Counted from the stretch's first letter, positions 40,653-50,559 are shown. The stretch is 55,088 bases of DNA from Vampirovibrionaceae bacterium NZW_1234 (GCA_041697335.1 JBGUGD010000026.1:1-55088); one strand, 5' to 3'. The notes: generated by a model not told the origin, from the letters alone. Program-made: numbers and translations.

Positions 40653-40826
40653 AGGGTACCTCCTTTCAGCACCGTGTGTGCTGAGTTATGGGCTGCTGAT
40701 ACCCTTTATTCTGCTGTTATTTGCGAGGTCTAACATTCCAAATTGGTGTATTACCCATTTTGGCAATCGTAACGGTTGCCCGTTACCCTTGAGTGTAATC
40801 GTCATTGAAGTGCTGAGCGGCAAGGT

Positions 40827-41369
40827 TTACATCTTCAGAGGCAGATTGGAAAATTGCACGGCGACCTGGCATAGGTTATCAATTCGATTGCTTATGTCTT
40901 TGCTGGAAATCATCAGGCCTTTCTCGGGGTGTTCGGAGAAGTCTTCATAAACGGCATAGACAAATCGAGGCAGGATAAGGGAACGGAAATCAAGCATCAG
41001 GCTGTTTGCAAAGCTCATAACGGACATATAGCTGGATCTGCCTCCGGCGGCACACAGGAACCCAACGACTTTATTCTCCCAACGCTTACCCGTCAGCTCA
41101 ACCAGGTTCTTGGCCGCGGCATTAATATCAAAATTGTAGATGGCAACCCCCATTAAGATCACATTGGCGTCTGCCAAGATACCGTTCATAATGGCCACTT
41201 CTGGGTGATCGTAACTGTCTTCCCCGTCACACAGGGGTAAGGTGTGGTCCTGAAGGTCGACAAAGCGGACGGTTTCGTCAAGTTCTTCCAGCCTGCGATA
41301 GGCCTGCTGTGTTAGCACTCTGGAGCGGCTTTCCGGGTTTAACGATGTGCTTAATGTCAGTATTGCCAA
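40827..41369 (-). CDS. NADPH-dependent FMN reductase (SsuE/flavodoxin-like)
   Basis: STSLNPESRSR, IYNFDINAAAKN and NKVVGFLCAAGG; TTG start with AGGAG RBS. Confidence 0.85.
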   Translation of the reverse strand: MAILTLSTSLNPESRSRVLTQQAYRRLEELDETVRFVDLQDHTLPLCDGEDSYDHPEVAIMNGILADANVILMGVAIYNFDINAAAKNLVELTGKRWENKVVGFLCAAGGRSSYMSVMSFANSLMLDFRSLILPRFVYAVYEDFSEHPEKGLMISSKDISNRIDNLCQVAVQFSNLPLKM

Positions 41370-41642
41370 AGGAAACTCCTTTATAATGGTTCGTAGATCT
41401 TCAATTATTTATTCTGGGATAAAGAGTTCTTCCTTTATACTGTTTGTATACCGCTTGTGTCGATTTTTCAGTGGAACTGTTCTGTCTCAAGGGTTTTGGC
41501 GTGGCATTGATTTGTCTTATTCAGACTGGTTATTCAAGTGTGAAACAAATAATGTGTATCATATTGTGTTTTCTTTAAAGATCGGGTTTGGTGTTCCGAT
41601 AATTCACTATGAAAGAGTGGCATAAAAAAATAGGATAAGACA

Positions 41643-41876
41643 ATGGCCAAACGGCTCAATGTCACTATTGACCAGGATGTTTACGATTTTGTTGTTCAGT
41701 ATGGCGCCGATAATCGGAGTGCCTTTGTGAATAAAATCCTGAAAGAAGCCAAACGACGCATTCTTGAGTTTGAGATTAAGCGTGCGTGTATGGACGAACT
41801 GGAGGATTCTGCCGCTCAGTCGGAGATCGTTACCTGGGACAATGCGGCTGCTGATGGGTGGGCCAATGGCGACTGA
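41643..41876 (+). CDS. Ribbon-helix-helix antitoxin (MazE-like)
   Basis: KRLNVTID...NRSAFVNKIL RHH pattern; acidic C-terminus ending WDNAAADG; overlaps the toxin start. Confidence 0.8.
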   Translation: MAKRLNVTIDQDVYDFVVQYGADNRSAFVNKILKEAKRRILEFEIKRACMDELEDSAAQSEIVTWDNAAADGWANGD

Positions 41877-42216
41877 GTCTTTCTGTCGACAGTTGGATAT
41901 TTGGTGGGTTTCATTGGATCCCGACGGCGGAGCCGACCCCGCCATGACGCGTCCATGTGTGGTCCTTCAGCAGGATATTTTGAACCAGTATTCCCCGACG
42001 ACCATGGTGGTCCCTATTTTTCCGGGGCACAAGCCCTATCCCTATGCCGTCAACCTGAATCCAACCCCGTATAATGGCTTGGATAAGCCACGGCATATTA
42101 ACCTCAAATACCTCCGCACGGTATCGGTGAAGCGTTTACTGAATCCCCAGGGCCGCTTGGAAGACAGCTATCTCGAAGCGGCTTATCAGGCACTTCAAAT
42201 TGTGCTGGGTCTGTAA
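41866..42216 (+). CDS. PemK/MazF-family endoribonuclease toxin
   Basis: DIWWVSLDP, RPCVVLQ, MVVPI, NGLDKP and LRTVSVKRL; ATG 41866 overlaps the antitoxin end. Confidence 0.88.
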   Translation: MATESFCRQLDIWWVSLDPDGGADPAMTRPCVVLQQDILNQYSPTTMVVPIFPGHKPYPYAVNLNPTPYNGLDKPRHINLKYLRTVSVKRLLNPQGRLEDSYLEAAYQALQIVLGL

Positions 42217-42226
42217 AACGGCTTCT

Positions 42227-42640
42227 CTATTTTTTCGGGCTTAAGGCTTGCTCTGATTTCGGTGGGTTCATCAACGCTTGAGCCTCTTTGGAGTCGGCTT
42301 CCAGAGGGCTGGCGTAAAAGATGACCGGTGAACCTTTATCTGACAGCATACAGTTGAAGCGCACAGCGCGTTCTTGACCATTGGCCATCTGAAGTTTCCC
42401 TTGCCCGGTGAGAACAGAGCCGATACGTTGCTTCCCCAGCGAGCGCTCGGCCCGGTCAAGTGTGCTTTTATCTTCAAAAAGCATCACTTTACTGGCCTTT
42501 TCGCCAGAGCCGGATTTGAATTCCTGATTGGCGTAGTCTTGACAGCGGCTGACTTCGCTGCTCATATTGGCGGCAATAGAGAGAGGCGCAATGGCACTCA
42601 TGAAAAGTAAGAAGAGTAAAAACTGAGAGCGACGTTTCAT
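42227..42640 (-). CDS. Secreted two-cysteine hypothetical protein (possibly BspC-like)
   Basis: Signal peptide; pattern C...GxQxIxSVLTGxG...FxCxL...PVxFY, recalled from BspC-domain proteins (unverified). Confidence 0.6.
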   Translation of the reverse strand: MKRRSQFLLFLLFMSAIAPLSIAANMSSEVSRCQDYANQEFKSGSGEKASKVMLFEDKSTLDRAERSLGKQRIGSVLTGQGKLQMANGQERAVRFNCMLSDKGSPVIFYASPLEADSKEAQALMNPPKSEQALSPKK

Positions 42641-42856
42641 CTAAAAGTCCTCGCTTGCTTATCTTTTGGATGAAAACGACTATCCCAAAGACGATCTCGT
42701 CAAACAATTGCCAAGCTAGGGAATTTGGTTCGTTGTTGGCAGTAACCCGCTGAAGGGGGTGGAGGCTCGTTACATTCATATACATATTGTTGTTTGATAT
42801 AAGACTTCGTTATAAAAAGGATTTTGTAAATGATGGACGTGTGGGAGTGAAACAAG

Positions 42857-44992
42857 ATGACGCCGCCGATCCGGCAAACGACGGGTATGACGATAATGCG
42901 CACCGGTTTTCAGGTAAAACCGGATAAAAGGACTGTTCCAAACCCCGGTCCTGCTTCTTCTGCCCATAATTCTGGAAGTACATCTTCTATTGGTCAGGCA
43001 GTGCCGTTTTATCCTCCGCTGACAAGCGCCATCCGATTTGAAGGGCTCCGGTTCAAGGGGATCCTGAATGAAGATTATCAGGTTGAGCATCGCATTGATG
43101 AGCCGGTGAATGCCGAGACCGTATCCGCCGCCCTTCGTGCCTTGGTGGTTCGCAATGCGATTAAAAAAGCCAAAGGGGATAACTCGTCGCTCAAGTTCTT
43201 TCTGGAAGGCAGTTATACGGACTGGTTTGTCGGAACATCGCGAGCCACGTTGGCCGATGTTTTTTCGCTGATTGATCGCCCTGTTGATGTGATTGTGCGG
43301 CAGAATATCGAAAATGAAGGCATTATGGCCTTGCAATCCGCCACCGGAAAACGCCTGATGTATGATGGTGCCCGAATCTCCCTGGGGCCGATTCAGGCAG
43401 GGGCGCCCTATATGCGAAATGACGATCATGCGGTTCGTCGAGAGCTTCAAACCGAGTATGTCCGGGATTTGGAATATCGGCTCATGCAACGTGCCGGTAT
43501 TCAGGATCGTCGCAAGCTTTATTACGAAGATCTCAACAGTGCCCGGAATTATAACGCGCTTCAAGCACTCCATTTCGGCGAGAAGGGCTTGGTAGATGGG
43601 GTGCTTGTCGGATATGACAAAGTGGTAACCCGTGAGGCGCTGGACGCCTATATTGAAGTAAACGGGCTTAAAGGCGACGCATTAGCGAAGTTTCTTGCCA
43701 ATCACTTGAATATCAATCAAATCCCTGCGGTGGCGATTGCTGATTTTTCGCCGGGCTCCCTGCCTCAGAAATCGGAAACATCCCCCATCCCGGATGTCTC
43801 TGTCTACGATGAGCCCAGCAAGGTCATAGCAGAGAATAAAGCCAAGGATGCTGACAAGGAAAAGAGCAAGAAGACCGAGGTTCCCTCGGATGCTAAGCCT
43901 GCAGAAAAGACCGAAGAGAAGAAAGAAGAGGCGCCTAAGACGCTGACGTTTTATACCGGCTATGACAAGAAAGAAGGGTTTACCCAGGTTGATCCCGAGA
44001 AAATTGCCTTGAAATTCAAGGTCAAGGAGAAGGATATCAAGCCCGGGCGTCTGAATATGAATAATTTGGCAGGTTCTCGAGGGTTTTTGGAAGACGATGT
44101 CATTTTCTTCAACGAAGGGTTTGAAGATGCCACTGCCGAGCAAATGACGGATGCCCTAACGGCTCTTGACAAGAAGAAACGCGGCCAGGAAAACCCTAGC
44201 AACATCAAGATTATGGTCAACAGCCCGGGCGGATCCGTGTCGGCCGGTCTGGATATTCGGAGCACCATTGCACATATGAAGACGCCGGTTGATGTGATCG
44301 TCACCGGTATGGCTGCAAGCTGTGGTGCTTTCCTGGTATCCAGCGCGACCGGGTATCGCATGGCGACCCCAAATGCTCGAATTATGATCCATGATGCCTG
44401 GTGGAGCCGACCTCGAGAGACCGATCGTCATTACAACGAGCGTATCGATAGGTTGGATCAGGCAAGCCAGGCTTTTGTTACGGCTATTTCTCAGGCCAGT
44501 GGGCGTCCCTTTAAAGAGGTCTGGGAAGACATGAAGATTGATGTCTGGTTAAACCCTTTGGAGTCCATGTTTTACGGGAAGAAGGGACTGACGGATGCCA
44601 TTCTTGTAGGCAATAACAAAGTCATTACCAAGGCCGACGTGCGACGGTACTTAATCAAGTCTATGGGTGGTGCCCTCAAAGCCGATAAATACTTAGAGAA
44701 GCGTCTGCGCTCGTTGCGGGAAGGAAACCGGAACTGGAAGCCGGAACAGCATAACGAAGCCGATCCTTTCGATAATCCCCTGAAAACCATTGAAACGATC
44801 GCCAGGACTGCAGCAAAGCCCATTGAAACTGTCAAAACACTTTCACGAGCCGTTCCGAAACCCAATACTTCGGCGGATCATTATGTTGTGGCACTGCCCC
44901 ATAAACCGTCGGGGGAAGGCTCCGTATCCGATAGGATTCGTTCCCATCTTAAATCTCTGCGTCAATCCCATGAGTCCGGCCCCTCAAAATAA
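42857..44992 (+). CDS. Tandem ClpP-like protease (degenerate N-terminal copy plus intact C-terminal copy)
   Basis: C-terminal copy has NSPGGSVSAG, GMAASCG, ARIMIHD and DVWL. N-terminal copy shares PVDVIV, SATG, ARI and GxKGLxDxxLVG but lacks the catalytic Ser/His. Start is 42857 or 42887. Confidence 0.85.
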   Translation: MTPPIRQTTGMTIMRTGFQVKPDKRTVPNPGPASSAHNSGSTSSIGQAVPFYPPLTSAIRFEGLRFKGILNEDYQVEHRIDEPVNAETVSAALRALVVRNAIKKAKGDNSSLKFFLEGSYTDWFVGTSRATLADVFSLIDRPVDVIVRQNIENEGIMALQSATGKRLMYDGARISLGPIQAGAPYMRNDDHAVRRELQTEYVRDLEYRLMQRAGIQDRRKLYYEDLNSARNYNALQALHFGEKGLVDGVLVGYDKVVTREALDAYIEVNGLKGDALAKFLANHLNINQIPAVAIADFSPGSLPQKSETSPIPDVSVYDEPSKVIAENKAKDADKEKSKKTEVPSDAKPAEKTEEKKEEAPKTLTFYTGYDKKEGFTQVDPEKIALKFKVKEKDIKPGRLNMNNLAGSRGFLEDDVIFFNEGFEDATAEQMTDALTALDKKKRGQENPSNIKIMVNSPGGSVSAGLDIRSTIAHMKTPVDVIVTGMAASCGAFLVSSATGYRMATPNARIMIHDAWWSRPRETDRHYNERIDRLDQASQAFVTAISQASGRPFKEVWEDMKIDVWLNPLESMFYGKKGLTDAILVGNNKVITKADVRRYLIKSMGGALKADKYLEKRLRSLREGNRNWKPEQHNEADPFDNPLKTIETIARTAAKPIETVKTLSRAVPKPNTSADHYVVALPHKPSGEGSVSDRIRSHLKSLRQSHESGPSK

Positions 44993-45010
44993 AGTGTTGA
45001 AATTTACGTC

Positions 45011-45616
45011 ATGCCGCTAGAAGTCAACTCCGATGCCAGCCGATACAGCCGAAACACAATTCCTTCAGGAATGCGAGCGGATGCTGAATTTCACCGTAAT
45101 TCCCGGACGTTTCAAAAACGCTATCCCGCTAAATCCGAAGAATGGTGTGATGGGTGGGCCGCCCAGTCCATTGAAAACCGTTGGATGCGTGATAGTTACG
45201 GTGAAATGATTATGATGGCTTTTGGCATTGGCCAAAAACCAGGTGTAAAGGATTTCGTGCACCAGGAAATTATGGATGCGGCTTTTGGCACCATGGATGA
45301 GGATGAGCGTGGAAGCCTGGAGCTCTGGTCCTTTCAGCAAGATCGAGAAAATGCCCGAAGACTGCTTTTGGCTCTGGAGGAAAAGGGGTTTAACATTCAG
45401 GATCCTCAGCGTATTCCGTCCCGATTTGGGTTGTCCACCATTCCCGGTGTCCTTCGGGAGGAAGTCGCTGAGGCACTGCTGTGGTATGTGCGCTATCACG
45501 AGGCGCTTGAACAGGAGAAGCGTCTTTATGACAACCCGGGGCCTGTGTCAGCCGAGCCTCAATTGGAACACCCGGAGGACCTCAGAGTTAACCGCATTCG
45601 AGAGTGGTTGGGTTAA
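45011..45616 (+). CDS. Hypothetical protein (true start may be downstream)
   Basis: ORF follows the ClpP fusion on the same strand; no motif recognised. Confidence 0.55.
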   Translation: MPLEVNSDASRYSRNTIPSGMRADAEFHRNSRTFQKRYPAKSEEWCDGWAAQSIENRWMRDSYGEMIMMAFGIGQKPGVKDFVHQEIMDAAFGTMDEDERGSLELWSFQQDRENARRLLLALEEKGFNIQDPQRIPSRFGLSTIPGVLREEVAEALLWYVRYHEALEQEKRLYDNPGPVSAEPQLEHPEDLRVNRIREWLG

Positions 45617-45625
45617 GGCCAGAGC

Positions 45626-46519
45626 CTAATTCAAAAACCAGCACATGCCATGCCAAGCGTAATAACCACCCATCAGCATTAACAAAATACTGGACAGTTG
45701 GGAAAACAGAGAATTATATTCCCGAAGCATCCCAAACCGCTTGGAAGTTCCTGCTAAAAAGCCGGCAATAAACAAAATTGCCGTATAACCCAGGGCGTAG
45801 CTTGCCATGGTCATTGCTGTCAGGGCTTGACCGCCATGGCCTTCCGTAATCTTCAAAAGCGAGAACAATACGGGAGAAGCACAGGGGGAGCCGACCAACG
45901 CAAAGATAACACCAACCAGGAAGGAGTTGCCTTGGCTGGGGAGTTTATGAACAAACTCGGGAACCGGTAAATCCAGCCACCCAAAAAGTACAAGGCCCAT
46001 CAGAAACGCCAAGACGCCTACTAAAACCATGACATGGCCTCGGTATTCGATAACCAGGGCGCCGGAAAACCAATTGACAAGACCGAATAAACACAGGATG
46101 AGGACGACGCCTAAAACAAAACCCAGGGAATTGACCAAGGCATTGCGGCGAGATTCACTCTCCATATTGGCCAGATACCCCAGTGTCATGGGAGCCAGAA
46201 TCACAATGCAGGGAGAAATACTGGCAATTAAGCCCCCCAGAAAACCCAAAGGAGGAATCACCCATACCGAATCCGTGGTGATCAGCGGGTGAAAGGTGGC
46301 CAGGTACCAGGCTTCCATGGTCGAGACCAAGGTTTCGATGCGTGTGGAAAAGACCAAATAGGTGATCACCATAGCAATGGCAAATATCAGGAGGGCCAGT
46401 TGCAATTGATAAGACAGGCGAGTTGCCTTCAGGTGAGAATAGATCAGTTGCTTTACTTCTGCGTTGCTGACATCGCGCCCGCCAGGACTGTTGGGTATGG
46501 GTTGATTGCCATGGGTCAT
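45626..46519 (-). CDS. ccdA: CcdA/DsbD-family transmembrane thiol-disulfide transporter (copy 1)
   Basis: ISPCIV and GSPCASPVL redox Cys pair, YALGY motif, multiple TMs. Confidence 0.88.
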   Translation of the reverse strand: MTHGNQPIPNSPGGRDVSNAEVKQLIYSHLKATRLSYQLQLALLIFAIAMVITYLVFSTRIETLVSTMEAWYLATFHPLITTDSVWVIPPLGFLGGLIASISPCIVILAPMTLGYLANMESESRRNALVNSLGFVLGVVLILCLFGLVNWFSGALVIEYRGHVMVLVGVLAFLMGLVLFGWLDLPVPEFVHKLPSQGNSFLVGVIFALVGSPCASPVLFSLLKITEGHGGQALTAMTMASYALGYTAILFIAGFLAGTSKRFGMLREYNSLFSQLSSILLMLMGGYYAWHGMCWFLN

Positions 46520-46718
46520 TTCAAAGGGGTCCTTCTGAAGTTGAGGGCAGGCGTATTGAATACAACAAATGGTGCATGCCAGACTTTTTCAATTATAGCG
46601 GACCGCGTCAGCTTGGAACAAGGTTTCTCAATCCCTTGCTTTAGCAAGGGCTTTCATTGCCCTTCCCTGGAAAATTTTGTAAGATGAATGGGTTACGGTA
46701 GTGGGCGAAAAAGCATTC

Positions 46719-47390
46719 ATGACGGCGTCTTCATCAAAATTATGGTATCTGAACCAGTTTGAACTGTTTTCGGATCTCACCGCCCAGGATATTGATGAAA
46801 TTGCGTCTATTACTGCTCACAAGGAATTTCCGAAATCCCAGGTTATTTATTTCCCGGGTGACTCGGCTTCAACGATTTACATTTTGATTAGCGGCAAAGC
46901 TCGTATTACCCAGCTTTCGGACGAGGGGAAAGAAGCCATTCTGGCCATTTTGGCTCCTGGGGATATTTTTGGCGAAATGGCTCTCCTGGAAGACGATGGC
47001 GAGCATAACGAGATTTGTGAGGCCCTTGAAGACTGCGTGGTCTGCTTGATCAAAAAATCGGATTTTGAAGGCTTTTTGATGAAAAAACCGGCGTTGAACC
47101 TCAAGGTCACAAAAATTATAGGCCTACGGTTGAAGCGTATTGAAAACCAGGTGTATAACCTCATTTTCAAGGATACCTATGCTCGATTGGAAAGCCTGCT
47201 CCAGCGCCTGGCAGAGGAATACGGCGAGCCTCACCCAGAGGGAACCCTCATTAACATCAAGCTGACCCATCAAGACTTGGGCAATCTGATCAATGCCACC
47301 CGCCCTACGGTTACAGAGTACCTGGCCCAGATGAAAAAGAACGGAATTATTAAATCATTTGGCCACAAGATTGTGCTGTGCCCGTCCTAA
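46719..47390 (+). CDS. Crp/Fnr-family transcriptional regulator
   Basis: cNMP-binding-like domain (GDIFGEMALL) and HTH LTHQDLGNLINATRPTVTEYL. Confidence 0.92.
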   Translation: MTASSSKLWYLNQFELFSDLTAQDIDEIASITAHKEFPKSQVIYFPGDSASTIYILISGKARITQLSDEGKEAILAILAPGDIFGEMALLEDDGEHNEICEALEDCVVCLIKKSDFEGFLMKKPALNLKVTKIIGLRLKRIENQVYNLIFKDTYARLESLLQRLAEEYGEPHPEGTLINIKLTHQDLGNLINATRPTVTEYLAQMKKNGIIKSFGHKIVLCPS

Positions 47391-47458
47391 GGGGTGCTAA
47401 ATTGCATTTGGCTTGATTTTCATCGATTTTCTCAGTAGCGTGGAAGCGAACGCTAAAA

Positions 47459-47502
47459 TTGTCGGCTCACCGACAACCCCCTATCTTTACCAGTGTCATG
47501 AT
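47459..47502 (+). promoter_or_regulatory. Crp-family palindromic operator plus extended -10 (class II promoter geometry) upstream of thioredoxin-ccdA
   Basis: TTGTCGG-CTCA-CCGACAA at 47459..47476 and TGnCATGAT at 47494..47502; the operator centre falls about 41 bp upstream of the inferred start. Confidence 0.6.
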
Positions 47503-47528
47503 GAAAATAACGGATTCCAGGAGGTCTT

Positions 47529-48023
47529 ATGAAAAGTGTGCGTTTCTGGTCTTTCATCGCATTAGCGACCCTGACATTGGTCTATGTCTCATTTCAGGCT
47601 TTTGGGACCACCCAGGGTGAGCATACATCTCATTTTGCATCCCTTGTCTATGCAGCCGATCCTGGGAAGCAGGAATCCGTTATCAAAAATCCGAAGGCCA
47701 TTGTGGCCAAAATTCATGCGGACTGGTGTCCGGCCTGCCGCAACATTGCCCCGGCCTGGGCAGCACTTGAAAAAAGATATGGAAATCACGTGCAGTTTTT
47801 AACCCTAGACATCAGTACGCCAAAAACGACAAAAGCGGCTTTTAAAACAGCCCAGCGTTTTGGAATTCAAGACTGGTTCCAGAACAACAAAACCAGTACA
47901 TCCCTGGTGGCGGTTTTTGAACCGAAAAACCGGGCTGTCGTTAAGACGTTTGCCAATGAACCCGATGTTAAGGCCTATGAGAAGGCTTTAGCCCCCTTAC
48001 TGAAGAAGAAAGGAGGGGTTTAA
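47529..48023 (+). CDS. Exported/membrane-anchored thioredoxin-like protein
   Basis: N-terminal hydrophobic helix, KIHADWCPAC motif and GGAGG RBS. Confidence 0.87.
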   Translation: MKSVRFWSFIALATLTLVYVSFQAFGTTQGEHTSHFASLVYAADPGKQESVIKNPKAIVAKIHADWCPACRNIAPAWAALEKRYGNHVQFLTLDISTPKTTKAAFKTAQRFGIQDWFQNNKTSTSLVAVFEPKNRAVVKTFANEPDVKAYEKALAPLLKKKGGV

Positions 48024-48907
48024 TGAGTAACCCTGCTGTTTCTTCTGCGGTATTGTCCAACGTATTGCTCTATGTGAGAAGTGAGATTCGCCGTATGATT
48101 GAGCATCCCCCTATTCCTCGGCCGCTGTTCCTGGCCCTGGCAATTGCCGTCGTAAGTCTGTCTGTGGTGGCCTACCTGTTGTTCGCCACCGATATCGAAT
48201 CGTTTGTTGCGGCGGCTGAAAACAAGTATTTGCTGTGGTTTAACCAGGGCTTGGCTCAAAAAACCTGGTGGTATCTGCCATTAATCGGATATCTGGGTGG
48301 TCTGATTGCCAGTGTTTCTCCATGCATCATTGGTCTCTTGCCCTTGAATTTGGGTTACATCGGTACCCTGGAAATTGAGTCCAAACGCCGTGCTACCGTT
48401 TTGGCGGGTGGTTTTGTGCTTGGGGTGATTCTGGTTATCAGTCTGATGGGCCTGGTCTCTTCCTTTGCAGCCTCGCTTTTGATTGAGTATAAGGGCTATA
48501 TGAACCTGGGAGTGGGCCTTTTGGCAATGCTTATGGGATTGTCGTTTTTCGGATTGATCAAAATCCCTTTTCCGCAGCTCGTGACCCGTATTCCAAAGGC
48601 ATGTGGCACCTTCCTGGTTGGGGTGGCCTTTGCCCTCTCCAGTTCACCATGTGCTTCACCGGTGCTGCTCTCTATTTTGGCTATCTCGGCGACAACGGGG
48701 AATCCCCTGGTCAGCACTGTAACAATGGCCAGTTATGCCTTGGGATATACCACGATCTTGTTTATTGCCAGTGTCGCTACGGGATTGACCAAGCAAATTG
48801 GCAAGCTCCGTTTCTATTCTTCAGAGATTACTTATCTGGGAAGCATCTCCTTGATCATTCTCGGGTGCTACTATCTGCTCATCGGTGTGCGTTGGTTCCT
48901 AAGCTAA
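48023..48907 (+). CDS. ccdA: CcdA/DsbD-family thiol-disulfide transporter (copy 2)
   Basis: VSPCII and SSPCASPVL motifs; translationally coupled (TAATG) to the thioredoxin. Confidence 0.88.
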   Translation: MSNPAVSSAVLSNVLLYVRSEIRRMIEHPPIPRPLFLALAIAVVSLSVVAYLLFATDIESFVAAAENKYLLWFNQGLAQKTWWYLPLIGYLGGLIASVSPCIIGLLPLNLGYIGTLEIESKRRATVLAGGFVLGVILVISLMGLVSSFAASLLIEYKGYMNLGVGLLAMLMGLSFFGLIKIPFPQLVTRIPKACGTFLVGVAFALSSSPCASPVLLSILAISATTGNPLVSTVTMASYALGYTTILFIASVATGLTKQIGKLRFYSSEITYLGSISLIILGCYYLLIGVRWFLS

Positions 48908-49405
48908 TCAAAACAGTTTCTGTTTGCTTAAATACCCGTTGCCGAGAAGCTTGGTCATAACCAGCCTTCCTTGGGAGACTTCTATTTCGGCTTTATCATT
49001 CATGACACAGTAGATCGCACCGTCTTTGGCGGATACAGCTTTTTCGTACACTTTGAATGTAACAATGGCTCTCTGGCCTACGATCTGAATGCTTTCAATG
49101 TGGCTTTTATAGCTGTATTGGCTATAGCTCATGCCCGAAACGACTGCATTTTGAAGATATTGGTTTCTGTTTAAATAGAGATCTCGTTCCTGATTGAGCC
49201 GTAGATGGATGTGAATTGCAGGCGACATCATGGATACGACTTTAGGATAGTCTCGTTTTTGTGTGGCGGTTTCCATCTCGGACATAAAGGCCTGGACCGC
49301 TCCGGGTTCCAGTGCTTGTGCCATCAGAGGTGAAAGAAGCAGTGAGACTCCGAGGGGTAACAAAATGAAAATGACACGCCGATAAAATAGCTTCAAATAA
49401 ATCAC
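48908..49405 (-). CDS. Secreted NTF2/SnoaL-like hypothetical protein
   Basis: Signal peptide ending AQA; helix-helix-beta pattern (KRDYPKVVSMMSP...IESIQIVGQRAIVTFK). Confidence 0.55.
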   Translation of the reverse strand: MIYLKLFYRRVIFILLPLGVSLLLSPLMAQALEPGAVQAFMSEMETATQKRDYPKVVSMMSPAIHIHLRLNQERDLYLNRNQYLQNAVVSGMSYSQYSYKSHIESIQIVGQRAIVTFKVYEKAVSAKDGAIYCVMNDKAEIEVSQGRLVMTKLLGNGYLSKQKLF

Positions 49406-49584
49406 GCAACAGCCCTCATGGGTTGAGAGAATTGAGATTAGTTTTGATATTCCCTTTGCCTTTCTGTCTCAATCGTATTGCCTTGTAAAAATAACTCAGA
49501 AAATGATTCGGTTTGGCGTTTTAGTCGGGTCTGTTTTTAAGCTAAGATAAATTCAGCAACAAACAGATTGAGAGAAAGGTTCTT

Positions 49585-50559
49585 ATGAAAAAGATTTTTC
49601 ATACGGTTTTGGGAGCCATAGCCATGAGTGCCATGATTTCATTGGGGACTGGCTGTCATGCGACCAATGATACGTCCGAGTCTGTTGACAAGAACGATCG
49701 GGAACTTGTGGTCTTTATTACCGACAATGCCGTAATGGTTCGGGAAAAAGCCTTATCTTACGACCTGAAAGTTAAAACGATTGAGAGTAACAGCCCGGCT
49801 GCTCAGTTAATTCAGTCGCTGTTGCACTCGCCTACCGATAAGTTTTTCGCCGTGATTAACCCGGTAACCAATGCCTATATTACGGGGGGAGCCGTTTCGG
49901 ATAAAGTTCCGCCCGAACAAATTGAGACCATGTTTCGAGGCTTGAAACAGGCAAGCCGTGTTGGTTCGGAACAAATAGGACGCTTGTTGCCTGAAAATAA
50001 AGAAAATGTCCGTTTGGTGGTATTCTCTGATTTTCAATGTCCCTACTGTAAGCTGATGGATAACCTGGTGGAGCAATGGCAAAGCGAATTCGGACCGCGC
50101 CTGGAAGTGGACATGATTCATTTCCCGTTGCCCTCTCACAAGCAGTCCTTTGCTGCCGCTGAAGCATCCGAATGTGCCCGTCAGCAGGGTAAGTTCGAGG
50201 CCTACAAAGAGGCACTTTTCGACAATCAGGACCAGATTTCAGAATATTTGCTGCGTTACCTCCCTGGGCGGCTCAAGATGGATGTGCGTCAGTTTAACCA
50301 GTGCTTCACGCTGCATCAGGAACGCAAGAAAGTCCGTCAGGATCAGTATTTTGGCCAGTATTTGGGCATTAATGGAACGCCTACGGTATTTTTAAACGGC
50401 ACCATGCTGTTTAATTTACCACCAGAACAAATTAAGGCCAAAATCCAGGAAGCCTTAGAATCAAGCAAAAAGCCGGAGTCGGCCACATCATCTGCATCTG
50501 AAGAGGCCGCTCCTGAAGCTCACCCTGTGGAGGAAGCCACAGAGTCCCCTGCCCATTAA
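49585..50559 (+). CDS. DsbA/BdbD-family thiol-disulfide oxidoreductase, probable lipoprotein
   Basis: FSDFQCPYC, HFPLPSH, AAEASECARQQGKF and GINGTPT (cis-Pro); lipobox-like LGTGC. Confidence 0.88.
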   Translation: MKKIFHTVLGAIAMSAMISLGTGCHATNDTSESVDKNDRELVVFITDNAVMVREKALSYDLKVKTIESNSPAAQLIQSLLHSPTDKFFAVINPVTNAYITGGAVSDKVPPEQIETMFRGLKQASRVGSEQIGRLLPENKENVRLVVFSDFQCPYCKLMDNLVEQWQSEFGPRLEVDMIHFPLPSHKQSFAAAEASECARQQGKFEAYKEALFDNQDQISEYLLRYLPGRLKMDVRQFNQCFTLHQERKKVRQDQYFGQYLGINGTPTVFLNGTMLFNLPPEQIKAKIQEALESSKKPESATSSASEEAAPEAHPVEEATESPAH

